Below, one piece after another: positions 1 through 13,254 of a stretch of 64,000 nt of DNA (within the stretch, counting starts at the first letter, position 1; each line of letters begins with the position of its first letter). The position numbers were made by a program, and so were the translations under genes. The notes below the pieces were generated by a model. That model worked only from the letters and a program-made list of their open reading frames with translations, searched no databases and had not been told where the DNA came from. Source of the stretch: Antedon mediterranea (lineage: Eukaryota; Animalia; Echinodermata); NCBI RefSeq assembly GCF_964355755.1, contig NC_092671.1, positions 40,372,304-40,436,303 of the forward strand, read 5' to 3'.

Positions 1-83
1 AAATTATTATCGACAAAATTCTATGTATATTTTATATGCAAATGACAATAAATGTAAATAAATTGCACTGATGAATGAATGAA

Positions 84-372
84 ACGTTATCCAATGTGTT
101 ACTGGTCTGTACACGTTATCCAGTGTTACTGGTCTGTACACGTTATCCAACGTGTTACTGGTCAGTACACGTTATCCAATGTGTTACTGGTCAGTACACG
201 TTATCCAATGTGTTACTGGTCTGTACACGTTATCCAATGTGTTACTGGTCTGTACACGTTATCCAATGTGTTACTGGTCTGTCTGTACACGTTATCCAAT
301 GTGTTACTGGTCTGTCACGTTATCCAATGTGTTACTGGTCAGTACACGTTATCCAATGTGTTACTGGTCAGT
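84..372. repeat. Minisatellite, ~29-bp unit (acacgttatccaatgtgttactggtctgt), ~10 copies
   Basis: Visible tandem array; it explains ORFs 75-374, 79-405 and 152-382. Confidence 0.95.
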
Positions 373-1015
373 AGTACAGTAGTTTACAAAGTGAACATAA
401 TGTAAAATGCAACAAATAAAAGAATATTTATTTTATAAAACTTTTGATTTCATAATTGCATTGACTCGCATATATGGAATTAAAATACAAACTTATACCA
501 GCTAACCTTCGACCACTGACGGCTTAAGAAGTTACTTAAACAAGTTTGGTATACCTTTCCATAGCAGCGGAATCGTGAAAACTGCAAAGTTTAATTTTAA
601 TATTATTTACAAATACCGTATGATACACACGAACAAACAAGTAAAATCTGAATATTATTTGAAAACGGAAGCTAACATTGGTGAAATACTGGGTAGGCCT
701 ACTGTTACTATTGGGTATGGCGAATACATAAGATATATTGTCGCCCTGCAAAAAAATATATATATTTTTGAATAGGCCATTTTAAATATCTCTTGAATTA
801 AAATCGGATCGAAAATAATTATTTAACAAATTAAAACCGTAATTTAAAGACAAAAGTAACATTTTATTTATATTTATAAACGAAATCCTTATTTTTGTGC
901 ATTTTTTTTACAAAAGTGAAAAACTTGATTAAAACTACAAAATGGGCTATTCAAAGTTTGACTTTACACAACTTTATTCTTCATAATACATCTTTTGTAA
1001 CATGGTATTTTCTGC
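360..1015 (+). repeat. ~650-bp dispersed or duplicated segment, copy 1
   Basis: Near-identical to ~11143-11865 (e.g. aattgcattgactcgcatatatggaattaaaatacaaacttataccagctaaccttcga). Confidence 0.9.
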
Positions 1016-1579
1016 TATCTAGCATGGTAAGAATAAGTAAAATACCAAGTCCAATGAACCGTTCTCAATTTGATGAATACGTTCTCCGAGTTTGACGCTA
1101 GATTTTAAAAGTTCAATTGCTTTTTTGTTTGGTTAGGCTTACTTGCTACAACGACCTCCATGCTACAACCACAAATCAAATGTTAAATCAGGTGTCATCA
1201 CCTGTTCTGTGCATAGAACAAATAGGCCTAATGTTCCGTGTAACTATCTTTATGGGCATATTATAAGTAATATAATATAAGTAATATATAATATAAGTAA
1301 TATATAATATAAGTAATATATGTATAAAGGTCTATCAATTTCAACGAAATATTAGAACAATAATTATAGGTTTTGAAAAAATGTTCATTTAGCTTCGATT
1401 TTGTATAGATGACAAATTTCGTTTTTGTAAAAGCTACAAGTTAACGGAGTACTCGGACGTTTCGATCTCTATCAGAGATCATTCTCAACTGACTGCGGAG
1501 TGTTAATGCAGCTTGGTCATGCTTGACGTCATCTGTTGATGACGTCGTACGCCTCCGGTTGTAGGTTGGACTTACTTAC

Positions 1580-2943
1580 TCAGGAGAGTTGGCGAGTGAA
1601 CTAAAAGAAATAACACCAGTAGAAGAGGCCCTCAAAGTTGTCGAAAATCGCCTAACAACAGATCCGACACTTCGGATAGAACTAAACTACACGTGACAGA
1701 CATAATGGAGCTCCTCGGATTAATTGTGAACAAAACCTATTTCTCGTTCAATGGTAACATTTATAGGCAAATACAAGGTATTGCTATGGGAAGCCCAATA
1801 AGTCCTATATTGGCGAACTTTTACCTAGAGTGGCTCGAACATCAAGCCATAAACATGGCACCCATTAACATCAAGCCTGTGTATTGGAAACGATACGTTG
1901 ACGATGTATTAGCTATCATCCCCACAGGTACATTAACACACATCTTAACAACATCGATATAACTGACAACATCAAATTCACCACAGAATCCATGACAAAC
2001 AACACAATACCTTTCCTAGACATGCTCATCACACTCAATGACAACGGAACAGTTACCACCTCAGTCTATCGGAAGCCCACTCACACAGACCAATATTTAC
2101 ATTCCAATTCACATCATCCACTCGAACACAAACTGGGGCTTATAAACACGCTTGTGGACAGAGCTGAGAAGGTAGTGAGAGATATGGATTTGAGGAAAGT
2201 TGAGATGGATAACATTAAGAAAGCGTTACACAACTGCCAGTATCCAGAGTGGTCCTTCCAGAGAGTTATGGAAAATCGAAAAAGAAAAAAAAACAAAGGA
2301 CACGAACCACAGAAGCTAAAGATCAAGATGAGAGGTAGCATAGGAATCCCCTATGTAAAAGGAATGGCAGAAAGAATACGACGCACTCTCTCCTATCACA
2401 ATGTCGGAACCTATTTCTTACCCCAAAATAAAATCAAGAATAGTCTCGTCCACCCAAAAGATAAAATCGAGAAGATGGATACATGTGGAGTAATCTACGA
2501 AGTCACCTGCCGCAACTGTCCACAAGTTTACATTGGGGACCGGGAAACAGGGACTCAGGGAGGGCATTACAAACACGAATTAATGATCACAAAAAAGATG
2601 TTACAACAAACACGGGAGAGTAATGACTAGGGCTTCCAGAACATCCACATCATCGATCATACACAAATCTGCCATTACAGAACATGTCATAAAACACAAT
2701 CATGTACCGAACTGGGAGGCTACCATCTTAACCAAAGAGCCTAAACGCAAAGACAGACAGATTAGAGAATCATTACATATAAGGAGAAATAAGGAGAAGA
2801 CCATGCACCGGGATACTGGAGCCCACGAACTCTCGCATTTGTACAATGATTTGATAGACACATCACCTGGCCGAGCCCCGCACAACCTCCAACCTACAAC
2901 CGGAGGCGTACGACGTCATCAACAGATGACGTGTCAAGCATGA
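1580..2943 (+). pseudogene. Disrupted PLE reverse transcriptase / GIY-YIG endonuclease ORF
   Basis: Homologous coding sequence is split across ORFs 1693-1962, 1992-2630 and 2623-2943 by frameshifts. Confidence 0.88.
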
Positions 2944-2957
2944 CCAAGCTGCATTAA

Positions 2958-3012
2958 CACTCCGCAGTCAGTTGAGAATGATCTCTGATAGAGATCGAAA
3001 CGTCCGAGTAAG
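2958..3012 (+). ncRNA. Candidate minimal hammerhead ribozyme in the PLE pLTR (antisense copy ~1445-1500)
   Basis: UUGAGAA core variant 2972-2978, stem II gatctct/agagatc, GAAAC-GUC with a palindromic ACGU helix III. Stem I pairing is weak. Confidence 0.55.
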
Positions 3013-4423
3013 TACTCCGTTAACTTGTAGCTTTTACAAAAACGAAATTTGTCATCTAATAATTATAGGAGTATAACCATTGTATAAAATATTATGCATT
3101 AAATTTGAATAGGATCCTATTTATCTGATGTTACTGTTGTGGTTGACCACGATATAATTTGGATTACTAGAGGGATTAAATTGGTAAAGAAAAAAGAAAC
3201 TGCGCAGTAAAAATGTTGACCAGAAAAACAACTAAATACGATTAATTTGTGTGAATATCATTCATTGGAAATTCTCGTTTGGAAAAAAATAAAGTGACCG
3301 GGAAATGGATGATCCAGTGTATAACAGTATCAATATCCGTCAGTTTCATTATGAATTATACATTTTAATGCACAGTCACAGTTTCAGCTGCATGGAGGTA
3401 TAGAAAGACTTTAAGATTTACCGCCCACCACGTAAATTAATAACTAAATTATTTGTTTATTTTAGTTTTATCTACATTTGTATATACTTTTTCAAATAGT
3501 TTTAATACCCGATAGTCTTACAAAATTCTCCACTTTGAGTTAAGCATTGGCTGTAATTCTATTTTATTTATTTAAATCTACTTGCTTATTAAGTAATTTT
3601 CTTTTTTTGTAACTTATTTTTGTAACGCACCGTTTTATAAACGTGTGCCGCTGTTTCAAAAGTAATGTTCCCTATAATGAACGCGCCTGTCAAAACGCCA
3701 CAGACAATCGAGTGAATCTGAAACAAAAAATGGGTTTTTTAAACTACTCGTATCAAATATTCTGTACATTAAATCAAATTATATTTTTATATTATAAATC
3801 ACAAATTATAACCCTTGCCTCTCGTACAAAAATTGGGCGAGTAGTTCTAGAGAAAATGCAATTTAAGTTTACTTGTTAAAAATCAATGCCGATGATGTTT
3901 CTAAAAATTAAGAATTAAAAATAACATGCCATTGTAGGTCATTAATTAGGCATAACATGGAGCATTCTCCGTGGGCATAACAATGCCGAAACAGCCATAA
4001 TCGGTTAAATAATAACAGAGTTACATTGAAAAAACCTCCCTAAAATAGCTGTTTTTCTCGCTGTTCAGCGGAAATTGCCCGGATTTTTTGGTACATAAAA
4101 AAAATGTTAATGTGATACAATATTTAATTTAAAATTATCACTTCTCCATCATGAAAATAGATTTAAAAAGGTTTTATTTAAACACGGTATGTTTACATTA
4201 TAATACTACTATATTATTGCTGTTAAAATGAAATATATACATGTTTATAATATCAAATGTCAATAATAATTTCACTAAGGAAGTGTGTAATTTCACTCTT
4301 CCATGTTCATACCAAGTTTACAGAGGGGATTCAGAATCGCCTTATACCACGAATATTCATTCATTCATTCACTTTCATTTCAGATCTTCATCCATAATGC
4401 TTCTCCAACTTTATGTTTCAAGA

Positions 4424-7400
4424 CTATGTAACTGGTGCAATCGCTGTCCCATTCATTACCATTTCAATATTTTCCTCGTATAAAATTCCTGAAAAAGTAT
4501 TTCAGTCAGTCAATCAAATAAACATTTATATTTTTAATTTAAAATTAAAGCTAGCACATTATTACTTACGAGATTTTCTTTTTGTTTCAGAGAAATATTA
4601 ATAAATCATAATGTAGGCCAATAATATGGTAAGAGGCAAAAAAAAAAAAAACAGGAAGTAGGCCTAATGATCAATTGGAAAAATCCAATTGAAAAACTTG
4701 TGTCGGGAATTAGTAGAGTCTATATTTAAAAAAGTGTTTTTGATCTTTCACAAGACACGACGGGAGGAGAGAGATAGATGGTAGTGGGTTATTATTTAAA
4801 CCAAGTGGCTTTAAGCCTGTCTACACACGTAAACTTAAAAGTGTACAAAATAAGCAAACTGGGAGTTTGTAGACCAGTTGACAACTTTTGCTCGTGTTTG
4901 CAAAGACTGCGAGGTTGCAAGTTCGCTGTGTAGACAGGGCTTTAATCAATCAAACAAACAAACTAGTTTTCTGCAGTTTGCAGAAGTTGATCAATTGACA
5001 GGAGGTCTACACTTTTCTTACCAAACTCGAAGTTTTATTTGCTCGAATTTGCAAACTACAGTAAATTGTACTGGTGTATGCTAGGCTACTTTCAGTTCTA
5101 TACAAACCTGCAATACAAGCGGTCATAAAACAAGCAATCGATCCAGCGATGAGAGCTCGAACTGCGACAGTAGCAAATGCAGCTTTCCGAGACGGAGCCA
5201 TTGGACTAAGCCCTCCAAGTTGAACTCCAATTGAGCCAATACTAGCAAATCCACATAGAGCATATGTGGCGATAACTTCGGACCGCTTCTATTTAATTTA
5301 TTATCATTAGAAAACAAAATTGAGAATTTAATTAAATTTTTTATAGCCTTTAAGTCTGAAGTTTGCACTAAATTGGAAGAAGAAGGGTAGGTCCTACTAG
5401 CAAAAAACCAACTAACAGAAAACTAAACAATAAATATGATATTGCAAAACATAATTGTACCCACTGATATACTACCAGCTTCTATGAATTCCGCAAGTTT
5501 GAGGTAAGCAACAAATTCATTAAGAAATGCCTTAATTCCAATCAACTCGGCAACTTCACGGCAATCTTCCCATTCTACACCCATTATAAAGGCAAGCGGC
5601 ATGAACACATATGAACAGATCAACTAAACAATAGCAGAACAAGATGATGATAGCATACGTGTAAAAAAATCGTGATATCATGTAGGCCATGCTTACATAA
5701 AACAAAAAGAAATTAGAAAAGTTTTCGTTCTAACACTATAGGATAATCATCTATGCTGTCTTTGATAAAATTAATATTTTAAAAAATAAACACAATAAAA
5801 TCGTTGTATTGTCACGATATTATTGCTCTTACTAATCATGACGTCATTTGATTGGACGTGTGAAAATATTATTTTCATCAAAGGCAGCATAAATGGTTAT
5901 CCTTATTTACCAGTTCTAGGATAAAAACCTTTTAGATTTATTTTGTTTCATGTATGAAAAATGTATGTTTATCTATTTATCGTCGACCGATGGGGACCCT
6001 CCAAAGAAATTGCGTTTTATTTGTCAGGCATTTGTATGATTTGTTTTTATTTTTTTTAATGCGCCTTGAGCACTCTTGAGTGGTATGTGCGCTATAAAAA
6101 TCCTGCTATTATTATATTATCGTTATCGTCCTAGTGTAAATGGGCCTTAAAGCCTATTTTTCACTAGGCGAATTTATTCCCGCAAATCGAAAGCGTCAGC
6201 TTATACGCATGCGTAGAGAGGGATTTGGAAGATGGAAAAATGAATACACATGCGTATAAGCTAACGCTTTCGATTCGCGCGAATATCATGGAGGAAAACT
6301 CCATGGTTTGAGCTGCGTTTTAGAGAATAATGGGGTAGATGTATCGGGTACAAACAATAATAATGAATATTTCTGAATACCTCAAAAGTAAGATCCTCAA
6401 TTCCTACAAGTCCACCAAGCCAAGTAAGCATGGCATTAAGAAACGCCAAGATGGCTAAGAATGCAATCAGATTAGCTGCAATATTTGCAACAAGTGAGAC
6501 GGCTGTGGAAGCGCCTACTGATGCTGCTTCAATAATATTTCGTTCTTCACTGTGAAAAAAAAGAAAAAGTTATCTATTTCACTTATTACTTTCTTATTTT
6601 GAGCAGGCCTGCTTTCAATATAAGTTACAAAAAACATTAAAAATAAAAATACAATTTTTTGTCGGTTTAAAATATTATTTAAATTAAAAAATGGAACATC
6701 TATTGAATCTTGAAAACAATGCAAAATGACCCATCCTCGGAACCAGAGAGACATTGAAAATCTTCTCAACGTTTTCAATGCATACTTCATTTAAGCCAAG
6801 ATAGACACACTAGGCCTAAGACACGACAATGTTAAAGACATGTAAATAAAACTGACCTACCCTTTTGGTATCTTAACTTGCTCTACAGTCACCATTTTGG
6901 ATTCTTCTGTTTCTGGCCAGAATAATTTAGCAATAGCCAAAGCAGCTGGTGCTGACATGACTGATGCACTGATTAAATGCGATGCATCGACACCAAATGA
7001 AATGTAAGCACCGAGAACACTTCCTGCAATTGTAGCGAACCCTCCTGTCATAATGGAATGGATCTCCGAAAGGGTCATGTCTTTTAAAAATGGCCGAACC
7101 AGAAGTGGTGCTTCGGTCTGAAGGGTGAAATTAAAAAATACATTTTAGGCATACATATTGTATTGTGTTGACGGATAAAGTGGTATAGTTGACGAATGAA
7201 ATTGTATAATTGCTGAATCAAATGGTATAGTTTCTGAATCAAATGGTATAGTTGACGAATAAAATGGTGTTGACGAATAAAATGGTATAATTGACGAATA
7301 AAATGGTATAGTTGACGAATAAAATGGTATAGTTGACGAATAAAATGGTATAGTTGACGAATAAAATGGTGTAGTTGACGAATAAATGGCATAGTTGACG

Positions 7401-9883
7401 AATACAATGACATAATAGTTGAATAACATGGTATATTTGACAATTACAATGGCATAGTAGTCTAAAAAAAAGTTGCGGAAATAAAAGAACTTACCTGTCC
7501 AATAAATATGTTTCCGGCAGCACTGAGTGATTCTCCTGCTGATGTTTTCATTGTATACTGCATTAGCCAGGCAATTTTCTCGATAACGAACTGCATGGCA
7601 CCAATGTAGTATAATACACTGATGACACTACTGAAATAGATCACACCTGGAAGAACCTGGAGGAAAAAGGAAACATCTTCAGAACTTGCTATCAAAAATA
7701 TCATGAACTATTAAAATAACTATAATGAGGCATTTAATGAATAGTTATTTTAATTCGAAAGTTCAATGGAATCATTCATGATTTATCATGAACTGTGTTT
7801 TTCGAAATAAGAAAGAATTATTTTATTTATTTGCTGTACATCCTACCTTAAATGCAAAAAAATGGTTAGTGTAAAGTTCTCCAAAAATAAATTCAGCTCC
7901 AGCATCGGAAAAATCAAGGAAAGTTGTAACTCTGTCTCCGAGCCAGTCGAATAGTTTAAATCCAATATCAGTTCGCAGTACAAACAATCCAAGGAGGAAC
8001 TGTAACGTTAGACCCCACAATACCGGACGCCATATTACCTGGGAGAACAAGTTAATTATTTGTCAAACTATATATTATCTCAATTGCCGAAAATTACAAC
8101 AGTATTCTTATTAATTGGTCAAATGTTTACTCACTCTACCGACATTGTACTTTATACTAGGTACATAATATTGAGAACACTTGAGACAAAATCGAAATGA
8201 TTCTCGGGTGGGACTCGAACCCACGACCACCCGAGTATTCTAATTATTACCTGTGTTGGATGTTTTGAGAAGATGTATGTAAACAGGACAAAAATAACTA
8301 AACCACCAAAAGAAATGAGCTGTTCGGGAGAGTCTTTGACTAAAAACACCAAAATGATGATGAATGCTACCATAAGCAAGATATACAATGGCCTGTAATA
8401 AAACAAATAATTATATTTTCATAACAATTAATATTACGTAGGCAATATGATGCAACTCTTAGAAGGACCCCAATCAAGTTTGCGTCACCGTTTTGGTTTC
8501 TTCTCATGTTGCAAAATAAAATACAAAATCTGGCCATTCCTCTTCGCTTGAATGCTTTAGAACATTTTCTAGTAATTATAATACTGTAAAACACGCAATA
8601 AGGACAGGCCATAAGTTATGGACCTATTCCATTCCACAAACCAGTGACAAATGGTATAGGGGAAAAATCCATGCAAATAATACTATTACTGTACTATTAT
8701 TTCATTAGGCTATTTATCGTTCAATAAAACCTGATAACACGTGGACTTTAAAACCTACCATTTTATATGGCTCCAATTATTATTAAGTTTATGTGAAGTC
8801 GGTTTGATTAAGCTCTCCTCAATTTGACTTCCAGCATTATCGCGAATAACCGCGTAAATAAAAATAAAAACAGCTATACAAGTGAACACAATGAGAATCT
8901 CAGCTTCGTCATAATCATACCACAATGCGTAGGCAAAGTAGGCGATGTAAAGTAATGTTAAGATGATGGCGATGATCCAATGTGTTAACTTCTTGTTGTC
9001 ATTGTAAAAGTCACTTGCTGTCACCTTAGCTTTATCAACAGACTAGAAAAGAGAGAAATATATTAGTACAGTTTTTCTCTCTTTACTCTTCACCTCTTCA
9101 GTATAATAAGTTGTTGGATGAGGATGATGACTTATAAAGACTCAAATATATATAATATTGATTTCAACAAAACATAAACACATATTTTCATCTTTCTACC
9201 AGTAGGCCTATTAAATCAGGATAGGAACTAGTCGTTTTATGAGATAGTCTGACCACGGTAAATTAAATCTTCGATAAAGACTGGTACTAAAACTTTGGGA
9301 CACAAGGAAACGAGAAGCACATACAATTCAAATAAAAAACTTACCGTCCAAAATCCTGTTTTCTGTGGTGGCTCAACTTTGTCTACTGTTGATAATGTTT
9401 CAATAATGACGTCATCTACATTAGGCTGAGACGATACACGCCTTGGTTGTTTGGTAGGCTCAACTTCTTCATCATCATACCCTTTGTTCACATGAGATAC
9501 GACATTTCTATTTACATTTGTCAGTTCAATATTCCCCTGTAATAAAAGATTTTGATTTTAGATATTGGCCAACAGTAGAAAATGACTAATGACTGGTTAT
9601 GAACATACCGAGTCTGATGTAACAACCCATCGTAGAGAACAAATAAGAACTGAATGTTGTGTTCTCCTCGTTGAAGCCTATACTCTAAACCCTTGCCTAC
9701 ACTATCAAACTTTATGTAACAAAAAATGTGATATGCCCATATAGACATGATGATGTCATATCTCTACCATCTTGGGGCATATCACTGCCATATTTGGGCA
9801 CATCAACATTTTTTTCCAAACTAGTTTGATAGTGTAGACAGAGCTTAAGTAATAATATGTTATCCACTTACAGATGTATTCAT
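4424..9883 (-). CDS. SLC28A3: Concentrative nucleoside transporter (SLC28/CNT, CNT3-like), paralogue A, ~604 aa, 11 coding exons
   Basis: Exons 9872-9883, 9345-9536, 8759-9042, 8251-8392, 7847-8038, 7495-7656, 6861-7117, 6381-6549, 5465-5623, 5108-5288, 4424-4488. All introns are GT-AG and the exons total 1815 nt in frame. Motifs [37 protein letters not shown]. The symbol means family-level similarity, not proven orthology. Confidence 0.93.
4814..4941. mobile_element. Short MITE (Harbinger-like TIR agcctgtctacaca / tgtgtagacagggct)
   Basis: Terminal inverted repeats with TAA/TTA-type flanks, inside a CNT-A intron. Confidence 0.6.
7166..7403. repeat. Intronic minisatellite, ~21-bp unit (aaatggtatagttgacgaata)
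   Basis: Tandem array; explains ORFs 7084-7443 and 7145-7429. Confidence 0.92.
9690..9846. mobile_element. MITE family A copy (Harbinger/Tourist-like)
   Basis: tacactatcaaact ... agtttgatagtgtagacagagct ends, with the shared internal catgatgatgtcatatc core. Confidence 0.8.
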
Positions 9884-10486
9884 CCTATAGGCTCAGAAAT
9901 CTTCAGTTTGTCGTTTATCCTATTATATATGAATAACAAAATACTATTAAAACATTAGCAGTAATGTTTACATTCGAAATTTGTGGCACATTCAATCTTA
10001 AAGTAGGCAACACATTTGAAGTGCAAATTGAGTTGCCATAGAAACTAAAAACAGTGAAAATACATTACTATAGCTGTTGTTCATTCTGTGCGAATTCGAA
10101 ACACTAACAGAATTAACAAAACAGCTAATTAAAGAATTGTTGAATAACATTCGTTAAACCAATGGAATAAACAAGAAGATTAGTCTCAATGTATACGTTT
10201 TTTTAACCAATGGAATAAACAAGAAGATTAGTCTCAATGTGTACGTTTTTTTTAGTACTGTAGTACATTATTTTCGTAGTTTATACGTAAGTACTGTAGC
10301 CATGTCAGGAGCACGAAATTGAGCAGCTTGTGTATTAATCTATAGTAAACACATTCATGTGCACATCGATCGATTATACAGAATCTAATTCGTTTCTCTA
10401 AAAACTGTTTTTGCTCAATCTCCTGATGAACCTCACAATCAAACATATGTTATCATCCATTGAAATACTTTCTGAATAATTCTTAC

Positions 10487-10560
10487 CTGTACAGATGTCT
10501 GCTGTCTGAATCTTGACAGTTTTGAAAAATTCCCAAACCTTCAGATACCACGAATACGTT
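10487..10560 (-). other. Putative non-coding first exon of CNT-A
   Basis: Strong donor CAG|gtaaga at 10487, upstream of the start-codon microexon. The 5' end is not defined. Confidence 0.45.
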
Positions 10561-10988
10561 TGTTATGTATTTCCTATAGAAAGTTTAACAAAGGAAAATT
10601 CAATGTATCGCTAATGGAGCGTTCTCTATAATTAACAATGAATGGTTTATAGATTTTAACACTATATTTGTCAATAATAATAGTCTTCTTGCCTTTAAAT
10701 ACAGATTGTATTAACATAATTATATTGGTACTTTAGAGGCATTAGTTTGGTTAGAGCATGGAACTCATTTAACCGCCATTTAGATCTCAGATCAGGGAGT
10801 GATTCCTCCACTTGTGATAACTTAAAAATGTTCATGGCAAAGTAAAATTTACTCTTCCCTGGGAAAACCCACCGTTATGGATAGGCCTATAGTGCATAAT
10901 ACCAAATAATCAAACTAAAAGACCTAACAATGATCATTCGAGCAGAAATGAGAAAGCATTAGCTTGAATGATCTATTGTACTGTTCAT

Positions 10989-11075
10989 TAGGCCTACATT
11001 GGCAACTACTTATTGAGTAGGCCTACATTGGCAACTACTTATTGAGTAGGCCTACATTGGCAACTACTTATTGAG
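10989..11075. repeat. 28-bp tandem repeat x3 (taggcctacattggcaactacttattga g)
   Basis: Visible tandem copies. Confidence 0.9.
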
Positions 11076-11142
11076 TAGGCCTACTACTACTTTTGTCACA
11101 AAAGCTATTTGTTATCCACAAAGGCGACAAAAATTCTCCATT

Positions 11143-11865
11143 TTGTTACTGGTCTGTACAGTAGTTTCAAAAGGGGACAAAAGGTAAAATGCACACAATG
11201 AAAGAAACTAATATTTATTTTATAAAACTTTTTATTTCATAATTGCATTGACTCGCATATATGGAATTAAAATACAAACTTATACCAGCTAACCTTCGAG
11301 CACTGACGGCTTAAGAAGTTACTTAAACAAGTTTGGTATACCTTTCCACAGCAGCGGAATCGTGAAAACTGCGAAGTTTAATTTTAATATTATTTACAAA
11401 TACCGTATGATACACACGTACGAACAAACAAGTAAAATCTGAATATTATTTGAAAACGGAAGCTAACATTGGTAAAATACTGGGTACTGTTAGCATGGAT
11501 CTAATTTATAGGTCCATGTTGTTACTATTGGGTATGGCGAATACATAAGATATATTGTCGCCTTGAAAATAAAATTACAGTATAAATATTTTTTTTTAAT
11601 AGGTCATTTTAAATATCACATAAGCCACGGATGAAATTAAAACCGGATTGAAAAGAATGATTTAACAAAATTAAAACTGTAATTTAAAGACAAAAGTAAC
11701 ATTTTATTCTGTCCTTTTTATAAATGAAATCCTTAGTTTTGTACATTTTGTTTGGCAAAAGTGAAAAACTTGATTAAAACTACAAAATGGGCTATTCAAA
11801 GTTTGACATCTCTATTCTTCATAATTGTGGCCAATACATCATTTAACAGTAGTATTTTCTGCTGG
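11143..11865 (+). repeat. ~700-bp dispersed or duplicated segment, copy 2
   Basis: Near-identical to 360-1015. Confidence 0.9.
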
Positions 11866-12524
11866 CTATTATGTTAAAAATCTACAAAATGTATCTGTGT
11901 GACCCTATACAATAAGTAAATGTTATGACTTAAGATGCGTTCACACAAAGACCGCAAGCAAACTTCTTCTTCTTCTGGATTCAGGTTTACAGTGTTGTAT
12001 GTACAGGTCGTGGAAATGCAGTAAAACCGGCACTTTTATATACATCTTACAAGATGAGTATTTAAGACAAATAAATAAAAATAAAGCAATAACCATTATA
12101 TTTTAATTATACAATAAATTATAACCAATTGCCACCTATTATACAGCAATCTATTAAAATTAAATTATTACCAATTCTTAGTTACTTTAACATTATCTAA
12201 ACGTTTCCAGTTATTTTAATCCTAATAACACAAAAACAACATTCTGTTTAAAAATTGATATTTATTTCATCATACTGGACTAATAAAGCATCACTTTTTG
12301 GTGCCACATAAACCCTTTAAAATTATCTTTCTTGGAATCACTACATTTTTTGATAACTTAAACATTACTTAATTTACACTGATTTTTGTGCAATATTAAA
12401 GCATATATTAATCTACAATTATCAGTATATTTACAGTAGATTTCAATTAAAATGCACTATTAGCGTTCCATAGTGTTTAAAAAAATCTAAATTCATACAG
12501 TAGGATATGACTGTAGAGTTACTT

Positions 12525-12675
12525 AACCATAATGAATGATGTATTCTTAACCATAATGAATGATGTATTCACCATAATGAATGATGTATTCACCATAATG
12601 AATGATGTATTCACCATAATGAATGATGTATTCACCATAATGAATGATGTATTAACCATAATGAATGATGTATTC
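12525..12675. repeat. 21-bp minisatellite (accataatgaatgatgtattc)
   Basis: About 7 copies; explains ORF 12532-12747. Confidence 0.93.
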
Positions 12676-12909
12676 TTTCATATAAGTAGGTTAGTTTATG
12701 AATTGCTTAGTACTGTATTCAGGTATATAAATACATTGTCCTTATAATGTAGCACCTTCCCATTGGTAAGACATTGACCATCAAAAAATAAATAGTTTAA
12801 AAATACAATATACTAATTTGTTTTGTTATTTTTTAAAACACAATTTGTTTGATTTCAAAATAAATAGAACCATAAATAGATAGTAAAATTCAGTTAAAAT
12901 GTTTGTTTT

Positions 12910-13045
12910 AAACATCTAGTGTGAAGAACCTCATGTTAACATCTAGTGTGAAGAACCTCATGTTAACATCTAGTGTGAAGAACCTCATGTTAACATCTAG
13001 TGTGAAGAACCTCATGTTAACATCTAGTGTGAAGAACCTCATGTT
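12910..13045. repeat. 27-bp minisatellite x5 (aacatctagtgtgaagaacctcatgtt)
   Basis: Perfect tandem copies. Confidence 0.95.
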
Positions 13046-13254
13046 TAGATTATATTGACAGGATATAAATACCTCATTGTTAACATTTTGTGCGGCTACA
13101 CTGAATATAGTGTTATTTTAAGCACTGACAGTCAGTAAAGGAAGACATGGAAGGAGCACGGTATACCCTGTCAAGTTTTCACAATTTGTTTTTTTTTAAC
13201 AAGTTGTGGGATTACAGATACAGCTGTACTGAGTACAATAAACACATATCCAAC

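Larger units (their letters stand above)
1371..3057 (+). mobile_element. Penelope-like element (PLE), 5'-truncated and frameshifted, with inverted pseudo-LTRs
   Basis: RT motifs GIAMGSPISP and RYVDD, thumb YRKPTHTDQYL, GIY-YIG endonuclease GVIYEVTCRNCPQVYIG and SAITEH. Inverted repeats 1407-1570 and 2888-3057. 12-bp TSD aataattatagg at 1359-1370 and 3058-3069. Confidence 0.93.

Noticed and set aside
3600-4190. Possible DNA-transposon interior
   Set aside because: No TIR or TSD could be defined.
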